64,000 nt of DNA, from the NCBI GenBank assembly GCA_963713545.1, contig CAVQME010000001.1, positions 587,346 through 651,345 on the forward strand, written 5' to 3'. The DNA comes from an uncultured Actinomycetes bacterium (GTDB taxonomy: Bacteria; Actinomycetota; Thermoleophilia; RBG-16-64-13). Shown piece by piece: positions 54,714 through 64,000 of this stretch (positions within the stretch are counted from its first letter, which is position 1; the number at the start of each line of letters is the position of its first letter). Under the pieces are notes generated by a model. It was given only the letters and a program-made list of their open reading frames with translations, was not told the DNA's origin and made no database searches. The translations under genes and the position numbers were made by a program.

Positions 54714-55592
54714 AATCCAAGCGTGGATGAACTTCTGCTTGTCGTCGAGGACGACCCCTCGCTGCGCCAGGTCATCACCTTGGGCCTGCAGGGCGAGGGA
54801 TACCGGGTGGTGACCGCGGAGGACGGTCTGTCGGCCTTGGTTGCCTTCGCCGAGCACCGGCCGGACCTAGTGTTGCTCGACATCATGCTGCCCGGCCTGG
54901 ACGGTTTCGAGGTCTGCCGGGAGCTGCGCAAGACCTCGCTCGTCCCAGTCATCATTCTCACGGCTCGGTCGTCCACTGTGGACGTGGTGGTCGGGCTCGA
55001 GTCAGGTGCTGACGACTACGTGACGAAGCCGTTCGAGTTCCCCGAGTTGAATGCCCGGGTGCGGTCGGTGCTGCGCCGCGCTTCGACAAGGACCGCCGCG
55101 GAGGACGCGGCGGCAAGCGCAAGAGCTGCGACCGGCGCGTCGGGGACGACCGAAGGTGTGGCCGGTGCCGCCGCCAGCGTCGCGCTCGGGCTCGTAGGCG
55201 ACGCCGCGACCGGGTCCAACACCGGCGTCCAGGCCGGGTCATCAGCCGACGCTGGGCCTGCAGTTGCGCCCGTCACCCCGCCGCTTACGCTCGGTCCTCT
55301 CACCATAGACACAGCCGCTTACCGCGTGATGCGAGGCGGCGACGAGATCCCCCTCACGGTGACCGAGTTCCGCCTTCTCTACGAGCTGGCCCGTCATGTC
55401 GGACAGGTGCTCACCCGTGACCAACTTCTCGAACTGGTGTGGGGCTACACCTATCTGGGCGACAGCCGTCTTGTGGATGTCCATGTGCAACGCCTGCGGA
55501 CGAAGATCGAGGAGGATCCGAGTCACCCACTGCTGATCCTCACGGTGCGGGGGGTCGGCTACCGGGCAGACCCTCCCGGGGGTGTGTCGTGA
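54714..55592 (+). CDS. OmpR/PhoB-family response regulator (with long Ala/Gly/Thr-rich interdomain linker)
   Basis: Receiver domain (LLLVVEDDPSL...LVLLDIMLPGLDG...KPF) and a winged-helix trans_reg_C domain (LTVTEFRLLYELARH...RLVDVHVQRLRTKIE). A GTG start at 54714 is preferred, because the longer ORF-track N-terminus overlaps the NrdR boxes. Confidence 0.8.
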   Translation, partial: NPSVDELLLVVEDDPSLRQVITLGLQGEGYRVVTAEDGLSALVAFAEHRPDLVLLDIMLPGLDGFEVCRELRKTSLVPVIILTARSSTVDVVVGLESGADDYVTKPFEFPELNARVRSVLRRASTRTAAEDAAASARAATGASGTTEGVAGAAASVALGLVGDAATGSNTGVQAGSSADAGPAVAPVTPPLTLGPLTIDTAAYRVMRGGDEIPLTVTEFRLLYELARHVGQVLTRDQLLELVWGYTYLGDSRLVDVHVQRLRTKIEEDPSHPLLILTVRGVGYRADPPGGVS

Positions 55593-55635
55593 TCGACGAG
55601 GTTCGCCCCGCGCGCCGGGTCTTTGGGACCGCTTG

Positions 55636-57160
55636 ATGACGGGCACATTCCGCAGGCGTTCCGGGGCGCGGCATTCCCTGCAGCGCCGCGTGGCCTTCAT
55701 CTTCACAGCCGCGGTGGTCATCACTGCCCTGGCGCTCGCGCTGTCCGCGTACTTCATCATCAAAACCGCTCAGGACGACGAAGCTCTCGACAAGGCCCTT
55801 GCCCAGACGCGCTTCAATCTGTTCCTGGCCGACTCGATGCTCCCCACGGACCCTGAATCAGCCGACTACAACGAGCTTCTGGACGCCTTCCAGATCCGTG
55901 GCGACTTCGCGACCTTGATCGAAGCAGGCGATGAGATCTACGTGTCGGGGCCCCAAGTTGATCCAAGCTTGATCACGCCGGAGTTGGCCGCCAAAGTCGA
56001 TGAGGGCCGTATCGGCTACCAGATGATCGAGATGGCCGGTGAGCCCACCATCGCCGTCGGGGGGCAGGTCCGCTCGCCTGACCTCGCATTCTATTTCTTC
56101 TACCCCCAGGGAGCCCGGCAAGAGGAGTTGGCGCGACTACGTACCATCCTCATCATCGGGGGGATCGTGCTCGCGGTCCTGGGAGCCATCGCCGGGTACT
56201 TGCTGGCCCGCCGCCTCCTGAAGCCGGTGCAGGACGCCAGCAAGGCGGCAGTACGGATGTCCAAGGGTGACCTCGACATCAGACTGCCGGTCGGGACCGA
56301 TGAGTTCGGGATACTGGCGGACTCCTTCAACCGAATGGCTGAGAACCTTCAGGCCAAGATGCTCGATCTGGAGGCTGGCCAAGCCCGGGAGCGCCGTTTC
56401 GTCGCCGACGTGACCCATGAGTTGCGCACTCCCGTTTCCGCCCTTGTCGGGGAAGCCTCTCTGCTCAAGGCTCGGCTGGAGATGAACCCCCAGGGCTGCC
56501 CGCCTGAGATCGCCCAGCTCGCACTGCTCGTGAGCAACGACATCTCCCGCCTGCGCGAGCTGGTGGACGACCTGTTGGAAATAAGCCGTCTGGAAGCTCA
56601 GGCGGCCGAAATCGTCATCGAGATGGTGGATATCGAAGCCTTTCTCACCCAGTTGGTCGACGCGCATGGATGGTCGGGTACTGCCGGCGTCACGGTCACT
56701 ACCAAGGCCCTCTCCGGCGCGAAGGTCGCGACTCCAGCCACCATGAGTGAGCAAGACATTTCAGGCGTTCCCGGCGGTATGAGCTTCCCTTATGCCATCC
56801 GCACCGACAAGCGCCGGCTCGAACGAATCGTCGTCAACCTTGCGGAGAACGCCCTGCTCCACGGCCGAGCGCCCGTCCGCATCGAGCTCCGGCGCGTGGG
56901 CGTCGCTGCGGATGGCGGGACGCCTCCCTCAGCAGATCTGGTCCGGATCGCCGTGACCGATAGCGGTCCGGGGATACCCGAAGAGCACCTGCCCCACGTG
57001 TTCGATCGTTTCTACAAAGCCGACCCGAGTCGATCGAGCAGCCGTGGAAGCGGGTTGGGCCTGGCGATAGCCCGCGAGAATGCTCGTCTCTTGGGGGGGA
57101 GCTCACCGTCTCCAACGTCCCTGGCGGTGGGGCCCGTTTCGTGCTGACACTGCCCGCGTA
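55636..57160 (+). CDS. Sensor histidine kinase (TM-HAMP-HisKA-HATPase_c), C-terminus frameshifted at a G7 run
   Basis: H-box ADVTHELRTPVSAL and N/G boxes. After the GGGGGGG run at 57093-57099 the conserved ending ...LGGELTVSNVPGGGARFVLTLPA* continues in the +2 frame, with stop ~57160. Confidence 0.75.
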
Positions 57161-57194
57161 GGACGGCCGCACGCTGCCCCACCCTTCCCCGCCG

Positions 57195-57295
57195 CGCCTC
57201 GCCTCTGGCCCTGCGCCGCCCCCGCTCTGCGCCGTTCCGCGCCCTGCGCCGCCCCTCGCTCTGCGCCGTTCCGCACCCTGCGCCGCCCCGCGCTT
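57195..57295. repeat. Tandem 33-bp GC-rich direct repeat (2 copies + partial) CTCTGCGCCGTTCCGC(G/A)CCCTGCGCCGCCCC
   Basis: Visible direct duplication in the intergenic region between the kinase and the GerMN gene. Confidence 0.5.
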
Positions 57296-57439
57296 GGTCC
57301 GGAGGTCAACTCGGCGTCTCTTCCCCTTCTGTAACACGATCGTTACCTGATAGCGGCAGGTTCGTGACGTCAGGGGTCAAATATGGACTTGAACGAGAGC
57401 GGGCCCGCGAAGGATGCGGGTCAGAAGGAGGGAGAAACG

Positions 57440-58459
57440 ATGAGATCCTTGCCGGATGATGAATCGACGCGGATCCGCCGGCGTGATTCGAGGAGAAGAT
57501 CCCGGGGGAGCAGAATCCCGCTCATCATCTTGGTCGGTCTATTGATCGTGGTGCTTGCGGGGATCGTCGGCGCGATCGGTGCATGCGGGTATGGCGATGA
57601 TATCGGTGACGGAGGCACGGTCAGCACCACTGAAGGCCCTCAGACCACGGTCACGGAGCCCCCAGAGGAGTCGACGACCACGACTGCTTCCACGTCGACT
57701 ACCACTCCGAGCGAGTCGACGACCACTACAACAGCCACGCAGGGTTCGATGACTGTCAACGTCTACTACTCCCGCGACGAGATGATATGCGCGGCTGCCC
57801 GGGTCATACCTAAGACCCAGCAGGTTGGCGCCGCCGCCATGAAGGCCCTGCTCGAAGGTCCAACCGACGTGGAAGAAGAGGCGGGCATGGTCACCAACAT
57901 CCCCGCCGGCACCACCTTCCTGGGTCTCTCCATCGATGATGGGGTCGCCACCGTTGACCTTTCTAAGGAGTATGCCTCCGGCGGCGGCAGTCTCTCGATG
58001 ATGATGCGACTGGCCGAGGTCGTCTTCACCCTGACTCAGTTCCCGACGGTCGAAGGCGTCAATTTCAAGCTCGATGGTGAGCCGATCGACGTGCTCGGTG
58101 GAGAGGGCCTGATCCTGGATCATCCGATGAGCCGGGCCGACTACGAAGACCTGTCTCCGGCCATCCTGGTGGAGTCCCCCACCGTCGGCAACACGGTCGG
58201 CAGCCCGCTGCGCGTCAGAGGGACGGCCAACGTTTTCGAAGCGGTCTTTCGCATCAATATCGTCGACTGGGACGGCCTCATCATCGCCGACGAGGTGGTG
58301 ACCGCCAGCTCGGGCACGGGGACCAGGGGTACCTTCGACGTGACGATCCCGTTCACCGTCGGATCTGCCGGCCGGGGAGCGCTTATCGTGTTCGCCGAGT
58401 CTCCCAAAGATGGTTCCCCCACCAATGTGATCGAGATACCGTTGCGGCTCGAGAAGTAG
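57440..58459 (+). CDS. GerMN-domain / Gmad2 Ig-like lipoprotein
   Basis: TM/signal with C in ...GAIGAC, a Thr-rich linker, a GerMN domain (VYYSRDEM...AMKALLEGPTD...VDLSKEY) and a C-terminal Ig-like Gmad2 domain. The internal start MRSLPDD has an AAGGAGGG RBS. Confidence 0.65.
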   Translation: MRSLPDDESTRIRRRDSRRRSRGSRIPLIILVGLLIVVLAGIVGAIGACGYGDDIGDGGTVSTTEGPQTTVTEPPEESTTTTASTSTTTPSESTTTTTATQGSMTVNVYYSRDEMICAAARVIPKTQQVGAAAMKALLEGPTDVEEEAGMVTNIPAGTTFLGLSIDDGVATVDLSKEYASGGGSLSMMMRLAEVVFTLTQFPTVEGVNFKLDGEPIDVLGGEGLILDHPMSRADYEDLSPAILVESPTVGNTVGSPLRVRGTANVFEAVFRINIVDWDGLIIADEVVTASSGTGTRGTFDVTIPFTVGSAGRGALIVFAESPKDGSPTNVIEIPLRLEK

Positions 58460-58592
58460 AGACACCCCGCAGCTCGAGAGACAGAGGAGCCCCCTATCTC
58501 GCTTGAGCCGCCCCGACCCGGGGACCCCCGGCCTGCCCCGGCCGGCCCCGGGGGGCGGCTCGTCCGCGTTCAGGGCCACATCGAAGCCACCC

Positions 58593-61499
58593 TTACGTGC
58601 GTCGGCGGCCACCCGCTTCACCAGCCCGGCGGGCCCGCTGATAGCTTTGGAATACCAGCGTGGCTTGGACACGGCTCGTCACCCCGAGTTTTCGATAGAC
58701 GTGGTTCGAGTGAGTCTTGACCGTCTTCTCCGTGATGACCAGCTTGTCCGCGATCTGTTTGTTGGGCATACCCAGCGCGATCAGCTTGAGGACCTCTCGC
58801 TCACGGTCCGTGAGAGTCTCGATGCCGGCGAATGTAGCGGGACTCGGTCGCCCGGTGGGACTCAAGTAGGGAACGTCCGCCGGCCCGCTCAGACTCCGTC
58901 GCGGCGGTCCGAGTGAGACGTCGGTGGGATAGGTCTTGCCTTCTGCCAAACGATGGAAATAGGTCTGAAGGCGCTCCGGAAGCCTGGGCACGATGTCCTC
59001 GCGCACGAAAGACCCGGCGTCGAATCGATCGCAGAGCGCCAGGATCGGCACAGCCACCCGCGCTTCCTGGCTGAAGAAGTGGACATGTCCGTGCTCGCGC
59101 GCTAGACGCATGCACTCCACCAGGGAGCGGGCGGCCTCGTGCTCACGCCCCGCGCGAGCATAGAGCCAGCCGAGGTAGAAGAGACCCGGCGTGAGTGAGC
59201 TCATGAGGCCCCAACGGCGGCTGAGCCGCACGGTCTCTTCAAGAGAGGCGCGGGCCTCGTCCTCACGCCCGAGCACCGCCAGGTCCGTGCCCACCGCCGT
59301 CTGCGCCCGCACCTTCTCGAACGCGGCCAAACGGTTCTTTTCCACGATCTCGAGCGCGATCTGGTGATGCTCCATGGCGCGCCTCGCGTTCTTGTTCCGG
59401 CGGCACAGATCGCCAAGCATTTCCTCGGCCCAGAAGCAGGCTTCGGCATCACCAGCCTCAGTCGCCAGTGTCTGGGCCTCCCGGATCTTTGAGAGCGCGA
59501 GTCGGTAGTCCCACCCAGCTACCGCCACGGCAGCCTGATTGAGCGCGCTCGATGCCTCCATCCAGGCGTAACCGCGACTTCGGATGAGCTCAGCGCATTC
59601 GACGGCACGTTGCCGAGCGAACTCGTAGTCGCCAGTCATGTACGCGAGGATCGTGATTCCATTGAGAGCCATCGCATATGATGGGCTCCCGGATCCTGCG
59701 CCGCCAGCCATGGCCCTCTCGACCCACTGCCTGGCCAAACGGTAGTGTCCGAGGGAGTAGAACAGCCGTGATCTATGAAAGTGAACGCGCTGGGTCAAAT
59801 AGAGGCGGTCGGTGGTCGGTGCCAAAGCAAGCGCCCGCTCCCAGTCTTCCACCGCCTCATCCCAGCGGCAGAGGCTCACGAGCACGTTTCCTTCCGCTAC
59901 AAGCGTCTCCACCTTTTCCCGGCGAGAGCTGGCCAACGACCGGCAGCGGGTCAGAACTGCCAGACTCTTCTCCCAGTATCCCTGATTGTAGAGGCAGAAG
60001 GCGGAACCCAGGAGGACCGGCAGGAGCCCCTCTTTGTCCCCGGAGGCCGAAAGCAGACGAGCCGCCCGCTCGTAGAGAGCCGCCGCATCTGCGTATTCCG
60101 CCTGCTGCTGCAGGATCCGGGCTTTTGCAGCCAACAGCCATGGATCGAGTGCATCCGCCGCATCGTCGGTCGACGGGATGAGATCGAGCCAGTCATCCCG
60201 CGCAAGGTGAACCGCTGCGTTCAGAGAGGAGAGCACGAGCGATCGGAGTGGTAGTGCGGCGTCCTGTAGATGTCCGGCCCTCAGACAGAGCGAGGCCGCG
60301 TGATGATGCTCGCCCACCCGATTCAGATGCTCCGCCGCCCGACGTATCAGGTCGTGTCCCTCTTCGCTCTGGCGCGCTTGGCGCTCGGCGAAGCCACGCA
60401 CAAGAGGGTGAATGCTGTAGCTGTGACGACCCAGGCGTGTTACCAGGAATCCCCGAGAAACAAGCTCCTCCAGAACGACCTGTGCCAGACCGGGGGGACC
60501 GGGTAGGAAGGTCTCGTCTCGAGGGAAGAGTACCCGGGGAAGAAGGGCAGCGCCGAGCATCACCTCTGCAGCCTCAGAGTCGAGTGCCGAGAGGATATGC
60601 CGCTCCAGATAGACGCTCACATCGCGCCCGCCGGCGATCACGCCCAGGATGTCCTTCCGACCGATATCGCCCCCGTGTGCAAGCAGGTGCTGGCCGAGCA
60701 ACACCAGCGCTGCGGGCCAGCCCTCGGTCAAACGCCAGAGCGCCCGGGCATCGGATGACTGAAGCTGCACCCCCCAGTTCTGCCGAGCCCAGGCTGTGAC
60801 CTCGCGGGGAGTGAGGCGCAACTCTCTGCTCCGAAGTTGCACCAACCGGCCCCCTAGATTGACGCTGTCGAGCAGGAAGGGCACCCGTCGACGGGACGAT
60901 AGGAGAAGGGTCCACCCCGGGGGTAGACCTCGAGCAATAAGCTCCAGTGCGCCGACGACCTGGGCGGAGGAGTCGACAAGGTGCAGGTCGTCGATCGCAA
61001 TCAAGGTCGCCCCGTCCCCGCAAGCCGAAATGAAGTCCTGCAACTCGGCAGTCATCTCCAAGACGGTCTCGTCGCCTTGCTCGCGGCCGGCCCATCCCAA
61101 AGACACTGATGAACGCCGCTCGGGGACCGCCATGCCCAGACCGGTCATCAGATAGGAAAGGAAGCGGATGGGATCGCGGTCATTCTCGTCGAGAGAGTAG
61201 TAGACCGAGCGACCTTCCGTTGAGGAGAGCAGGTCTACTATGAACGCGGTCTTTCCGTAGCCCGGTCCGGCGACGAGATAGACGACGCCTCCGGCGAGTA
61301 CGGGTCGGACCAGAGCCTGTAACCGTGGCCGACTAAGCACAAAGCCCTGGTGGGGAAGGCTGAGCTTGGCCGTGAGTATCCGGGCCCGATGTTCTCCTGG
61401 ACCAGACAGTGACGTCACCTCCGGATCGCCTTGGCGCCCGCCGAGCACAGGACCGGCGCAAACGGCATCATTGCCGGAAGCCAGAGTATCAACGTCGCT
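58593..61499 (-). CDS. Large ATP-dependent LuxR-family transcriptional regulator (LAL/MalT-like STAND NTPase + TPR + LuxR HTH)
   Basis: Walker A VAGPGYGKTAF, a central TPR-like repeat region, and a C-terminal LuxR HTH (LTDREREVLKLIALGMPNKQIADKLVITEKTVKTHSNHVYRKLGV). The internal start MSDVDTL has a GGGGAG RBS. Confidence 0.8.
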   Translation of the reverse strand, partial: SDVDTLASGNDAVCAGPVLGGRQGDPEVTSLSGPGEHRARILTAKLSLPHQGFVLSRPRLQALVRPVLAGGVVYLVAGPGYGKTAFIVDLLSSTEGRSVYYSLDENDRDPIRFLSYLMTGLGMAVPERRSSVSLGWAGREQGDETVLEMTAELQDFISACGDGATLIAIDDLHLVDSSAQVVGALELIARGLPPGWTLLLSSRRRVPFLLDSVNLGGRLVQLRSRELRLTPREVTAWARQNWGVQLQSSDARALWRLTEGWPAALVLLGQHLLAHGGDIGRKDILGVIAGGRDVSVYLERHILSALDSEAAEVMLGAALLPRVLFPRDETFLPGPPGLAQVVLEELVSRGFLVTRLGRHSYSIHPLVRGFAERQARQSEEGHDLIRRAAEHLNRVGEHHHAASLCLRAGHLQDAALPLRSLVLSSLNAAVHLARDDWLDLIPSTDDAADALDPWLLAAKARILQQQAEYADAAALYERAARLLSASGDKEGLLPVLLGSAFCLYNQGYWEKSLAVLTRCRSLASSRREKVETLVAEGNVLVSLCRWDEAVEDWERALALAPTTDRLYLTQRVHFHRSRLFYSLGHYRLARQWVERAMAGGAGSGSPSYAMALNGITILAYMTGDYEFARQRAVECAELIRSRGYAWMEASSALNQAAVAVAGWDYRLALSKIREAQTLATEAGDAEACFWAEEMLGDLCRRNKNARRAMEHHQIALEIVEKNRLAAFEKVRAQTAVGTDLAVLGREDEARASLEETVRLSRRWGLMSSLTPGLFYLGWLYARAGREHEAARSLVECMRLAREHGHVHFFSQEARVAVPILALCDRFDAGSFVREDIVPRLPERLQTYFHRLAEGKTYPTDVSLGPPRRSLSGPADVPYLSPTGRPSPATFAGIETLTDREREVLKLIALGMPNKQIADKLVITEKTVKTHSNHVYRKLGVTSRVQATLVFQSYQRARRAGEAGGRRRT

Positions 61500-61608
61500 C
61501 ATTTCTTTCTCCCCGTCTGAGAAGACGCACATCGGGAACGTCGAACTCGGAGCCAGGGCGGCGGCTTCCACCGACCGCCGCCCCAAGCCTGTCGGGCCTA
61601 CCCTGCGC

Positions 61609-61896
61609 TCAGAGGTACTCCAACCGTTTGGCCACAACAGACACCGCCTTGCGTTCCTCTCCGTCCTTCTCGTAGACGTCTTGACGGAGCGAGCCTTCGA
61701 CGGCTATCCGCCGGCCTTTGCCAAGGTGGTCGCCTGCGGCCTCGGCCTGCGAGTTCCAGGCCTTGATCCGGAAGAAGTCCGCCTCTTCGGCGTTGCGATC
61801 GACTGCCAGAATGAAGCTGCTCACCTTCGACCCGCCATTCACCTCCTTGACCTCCACGTCGGTGGCCAGACGGCCGATCAGGTGCACGCTGTTCAT
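61609..61896 (-). CDS. ssb: Short single-stranded DNA-binding protein (OB-fold SSB, no acidic tail)
   Basis: MNSVHLIGRLATDVEVKEV...FFRIKAWNSQAEAAGDHLGKGRRIAVEGSLRQDVYEKDGEERKAVSVVAKRLEYL fits a 95-aa SSB OB-fold. Confidence 0.6.
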   Translation of the reverse strand: MNSVHLIGRLATDVEVKEVNGGSKVSSFILAVDRNAEEADFFRIKAWNSQAEAAGDHLGKGRRIAVEGSLRQDVYEKDGEERKAVSVVAKRLEYL

Positions 61897-62143
61897 AGGA
61901 CCCTCCTCTTCTCGCGGTTGCCGCCAAGCTGGGTCCCGGACCGGCGCCCATCGGCTTGCGCCCCTCACGGCGCCTGCCGGTCCGGGAGATGCAGCGTAGC
62001 CGCAGGGGGAGCAACGGCGAATACAACCAAAGGTGGAAATCGAGCCCGGATAAGCCAGCAAACTTGCGGGGTGAGCGCTTACCCGCTACAATATGCGCCC
62101 AGGGGATGAGCGCTTGCCCCGAACAACACTGGAGGTCAAGGTG

Positions 62144-63085
62144 TCAGTGATACGGACCGACAAGCTCAGTCGGCACTTTGGTGATGTGATCGCACTCCGC
62201 GAGCTAGACCTGGAGATCACTGGTCCGGGGGTGATCGGTTTGGTCGGCCCCAACGGCTCCGGCAAGTCGACATTGATCAGACTGCTTCTCGGGCTGATCA
62301 GGCCGACAAGCGGTGGGGCGACCGTCTTCGATTCGCCCATCTCCCATCCCGGGAAGTATGCGCACCGGGTCGGAGCTCTCATAGAGAGCCCCGCCTTCGT
62401 TCCCTCGCTCTCGGCACGAACCAACCTGCGCTCGCTGGCGCGTCTCCGCGGCATCTCCAACACCCGGGTCGAGGAGGTGCTTGCGATCGTCGGCCTACTC
62501 GATAGGAGCAAGGAACCGGTGAAGAGGTTCTCGCTAGGCATGAAGCAGCGGTTGGGGATCGCCGCTGCCTTGCTCCCCGACGCCGAACTCCTTGTGCTCG
62601 ATGAACCGACCAACGGCCTCGACCCTGCCGGCATCGTGGAGATGAGACAGCTGCTGCGCTCTCTGGGAGACCAGGGACGAACAGTGATCGTATCCTCCCA
62701 TCTCTTGAGCGAGATCGAGGCCGCCTGCGACAGCCTGGCCATCGTCCGCTTCGGGCAACTCCTCTTTTCGGGTCCCCTCGCTGACCTGGTCTCCCGGGCA
62801 GGAGAGAGCATCGAGATCGCGCCGGAACATCCGGCCGACGTCGACGGCCTCGCGGAGGCCCTGCGAGCCGGGGGCTGGAAGGCATCGGTGGTACTGGACG
62901 AGGTCCATGTTTCGGCCCCGGTCTCCAGGTCGGCCGACGTCAACCGGGCCGCGGCCGAAGCGGGGATCGTCCTGCGCGTACTGCGGCCGCGAGAAGCCAG
63001 CCTGGAGGAGGTGTTCCTGCGAATGACCGGCACGGAATCGGGTGACAACGGCCGCCCGGCGACCCAACTGGAAGAGGTGGCGTGA
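62144..63085 (+). CDS. ABC transporter ATP-binding protein
   Basis: Walker A GPNGSGKST, the ABC signature (LSLGMKQRLGIA) and Walker B LLVLDEPTNGLD. Confidence 0.85.
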   Translation, partial: SVIRTDKLSRHFGDVIALRELDLEITGPGVIGLVGPNGSGKSTLIRLLLGLIRPTSGGATVFDSPISHPGKYAHRVGALIESPAFVPSLSARTNLRSLARLRGISNTRVEEVLAIVGLLDRSKEPVKRFSLGMKQRLGIAAALLPDAELLVLDEPTNGLDPAGIVEMRQLLRSLGDQGRTVIVSSHLLSEIEAACDSLAIVRFGQLLFSGPLADLVSRAGESIEIAPEHPADVDGLAEALRAGGWKASVVLDEVHVSAPVSRSADVNRAAAEAGIVLRVLRPREASLEEVFLRMTGTESGDNGRPATQLEEVA

Positions 63086-63876
63086 TGCTGCGCGAGTTCC
63101 GTTGCGAATGGACCCGACTGATGAGCCGCAACTACATCCTCGGGGGTATCGGCCTGATGGCCGCGTTGGGACTCGTCGTGACATTCATCGTCTTCTTCAC
63201 CGCGACCGCGGACTCGGGGGTGACGATGCCGGGCGGCCCGAGCGTGTCGGTGTCAACACTGGAGGCCCCCGATGGCATGTTCGCGGGACTGAAGCTGGCG
63301 TCCAACATGTGGGGACTCGTGGCCCTCGTGGTATGGGCCATCTTCGCCTCTTCTGACTACTCGAACGGCCTGATACGGCTGCTCGTCCAGGCCCAGCCCA
63401 ACCGTCTGAAACTGTTCGGTGGCAAGGTGGTCGCCCTCGTGCTGTTCACGTGCATCGCCACCCTCGCGACAACCCTGCTCGTGTTGATCGCCTCCCCCGC
63501 TGTAGCGGGAGCAACAGGGATATCGGCGGAGGCGTGGCGCACGGATATCGCCCAGACCCTCCTCAATGGCTATCTGCATCTGACTCTCGCGGCCCTCATG
63601 TGGGGGTTCGTCGGGCTCTTCGTCGGAGTCATGACGCGAAGCACGGGACTCTCCATCGCCGTGGGGATTGGCTACCTACTGGTGTTCGAGATGGTGCTGA
63701 CTCTATTGCTGGACAGTGGGGCCAAATGGCTTCCCGGATCTTCCTTCGGGACCGTGGCGGCGGGAGGGACAGATGACATGTCATTCGCCACAGGCCTGAT
63801 GGTGGCCGTCGGATATGTGGTCGTCACGCTCGTGATAGCGACGGTCACGTTCCGGCGGCGGGACATCACAGCGTGA
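63082..63876 (+). CDS. ABC-2 family transporter permease
   Basis: Six predicted TM helices. Its start overlaps the stop of the ATPase gene (ATGA-type). Confidence 0.7.
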   Translation: MMLREFRCEWTRLMSRNYILGGIGLMAALGLVVTFIVFFTATADSGVTMPGGPSVSVSTLEAPDGMFAGLKLASNMWGLVALVVWAIFASSDYSNGLIRLLVQAQPNRLKLFGGKVVALVLFTCIATLATTLLVLIASPAVAGATGISAEAWRTDIAQTLLNGYLHLTLAALMWGFVGLFVGVMTRSTGLSIAVGIGYLLVFEMVLTLLLDSGAKWLPGSSFGTVAAGGTDDMSFATGLMVAVGYVVVTLVIATVTFRRRDITA

Positions 63877-63915
63877 GCCGTGCCAGACAAGCCGAGACGG
63901 CCTGAAGGAGGTCCC

Positions 63916-64000
63916 GTGAATCCGACGCCAACAGATACCCGTCCGACCCGCCAGGCTCTGATGGACGCGGCCCTCACGGTATTCGTAGAGCGCGGTTTCG
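63916..64000 (+). CDS. TetR-family transcriptional regulator (N-terminal fragment, continues beyond window)
   Basis: GAAGGAGG RBS, then GTG and VNPTPTDTRPTRQALMDAALTVFVERGF, a TetR HTH-like N-terminus. Confidence 0.5.
   Translation, partial: MNPTPTDTRPTRQALMDAALTVFVERGF

Noticed and set aside
1-64000. CRISPR arrays or IS elements
   Set aside because: No regularly spaced direct repeats and no transposase or integrase ORFs were found. The only repeats are the short elements described.

Overview
High-GC (~68-70%) actinobacterial-type chromosomal segment, possibly Rubrobacter-like: it carries an Rxyl_3153-type alcohol dehydrogenase next to mftA, a class E sortase, GerMN and Asp23 genes. Coding density is high, almost all ORFs have strong GC3 bias, and many adjacent genes overlap at ATGA/GTGA junctions.

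Main content, in order:
- A minus-strand supra-operon: NDMA-type Zn-alcohol dehydrogenase, mycofactocin genes mftA-mftB-mftC, an FadH/OYE/TMADH-family Fe-S flavoprotein, then etfA(fixB)-fixC-fixX-etfB(fixA). No mftD/E/F are present in the window.
- selA-selB, with selB frameshifted, a polyprenyl synthase and a class E sortase.
- manC, a CpsB-type tyrosine phosphatase, an inositol monophosphatase, a metallophosphoesterase and an Asp23 gene.
- An NfeD-stomatin pair, tRNA-Ala(CGC), yjbQ and a queG-like Fe-S gene.
- A GtrA / GT2 / large GT-C-like membrane protein cassette; the large protein is frameshifted.
- mtaB, dtd, a PHP histidinol-phosphatase, a DAG-kinase-family gene and tandem TPR lipoproteins.
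- ileS with a T-box leader and terminator.
- MoxR-DUF58-TgpA, then ferredoxin-nifS-nifU and a DUF3160 lipoprotein.
- nrdR-nrdJ with tandem NrdR boxes. NrdJ carries a 378-aa LAGLIDADG intein at the catalytic NPC|GEQ site.
- An OmpR/histidine-kinase pair (the kinase is frameshifted at a G7 run), a GerMN/Gmad2 protein, a large STAND-LuxR regulator, a short SSB, an ABC transporter and the start of a TetR gene.

Non-coding features worth a look:
- A dispersed ~70-160 bp repeat family with three copies. One copy is MITE-like with terminal inverted repeats, and one supplies the C-termini of two convergent genes.
- A shared palindromic motif CTGTAACnnGATCGTTAC upstream of two exported-protein genes.
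- A 21-bp perfect-stem hairpin before the tRNA.
- A 33-bp tandem repeat.
- Three apparent frameshifts, possibly homopolymer assembly errors.

The most interesting candidate system is the fusion of the mycofactocin maturation operon with a TMADH/FadH-like flavoprotein and a complete ETF/ETF-quinone oxidoreductase (FixABCX) module. This would be a plausible route from mycofactocin-dependent dehydrogenases to the quinone pool.
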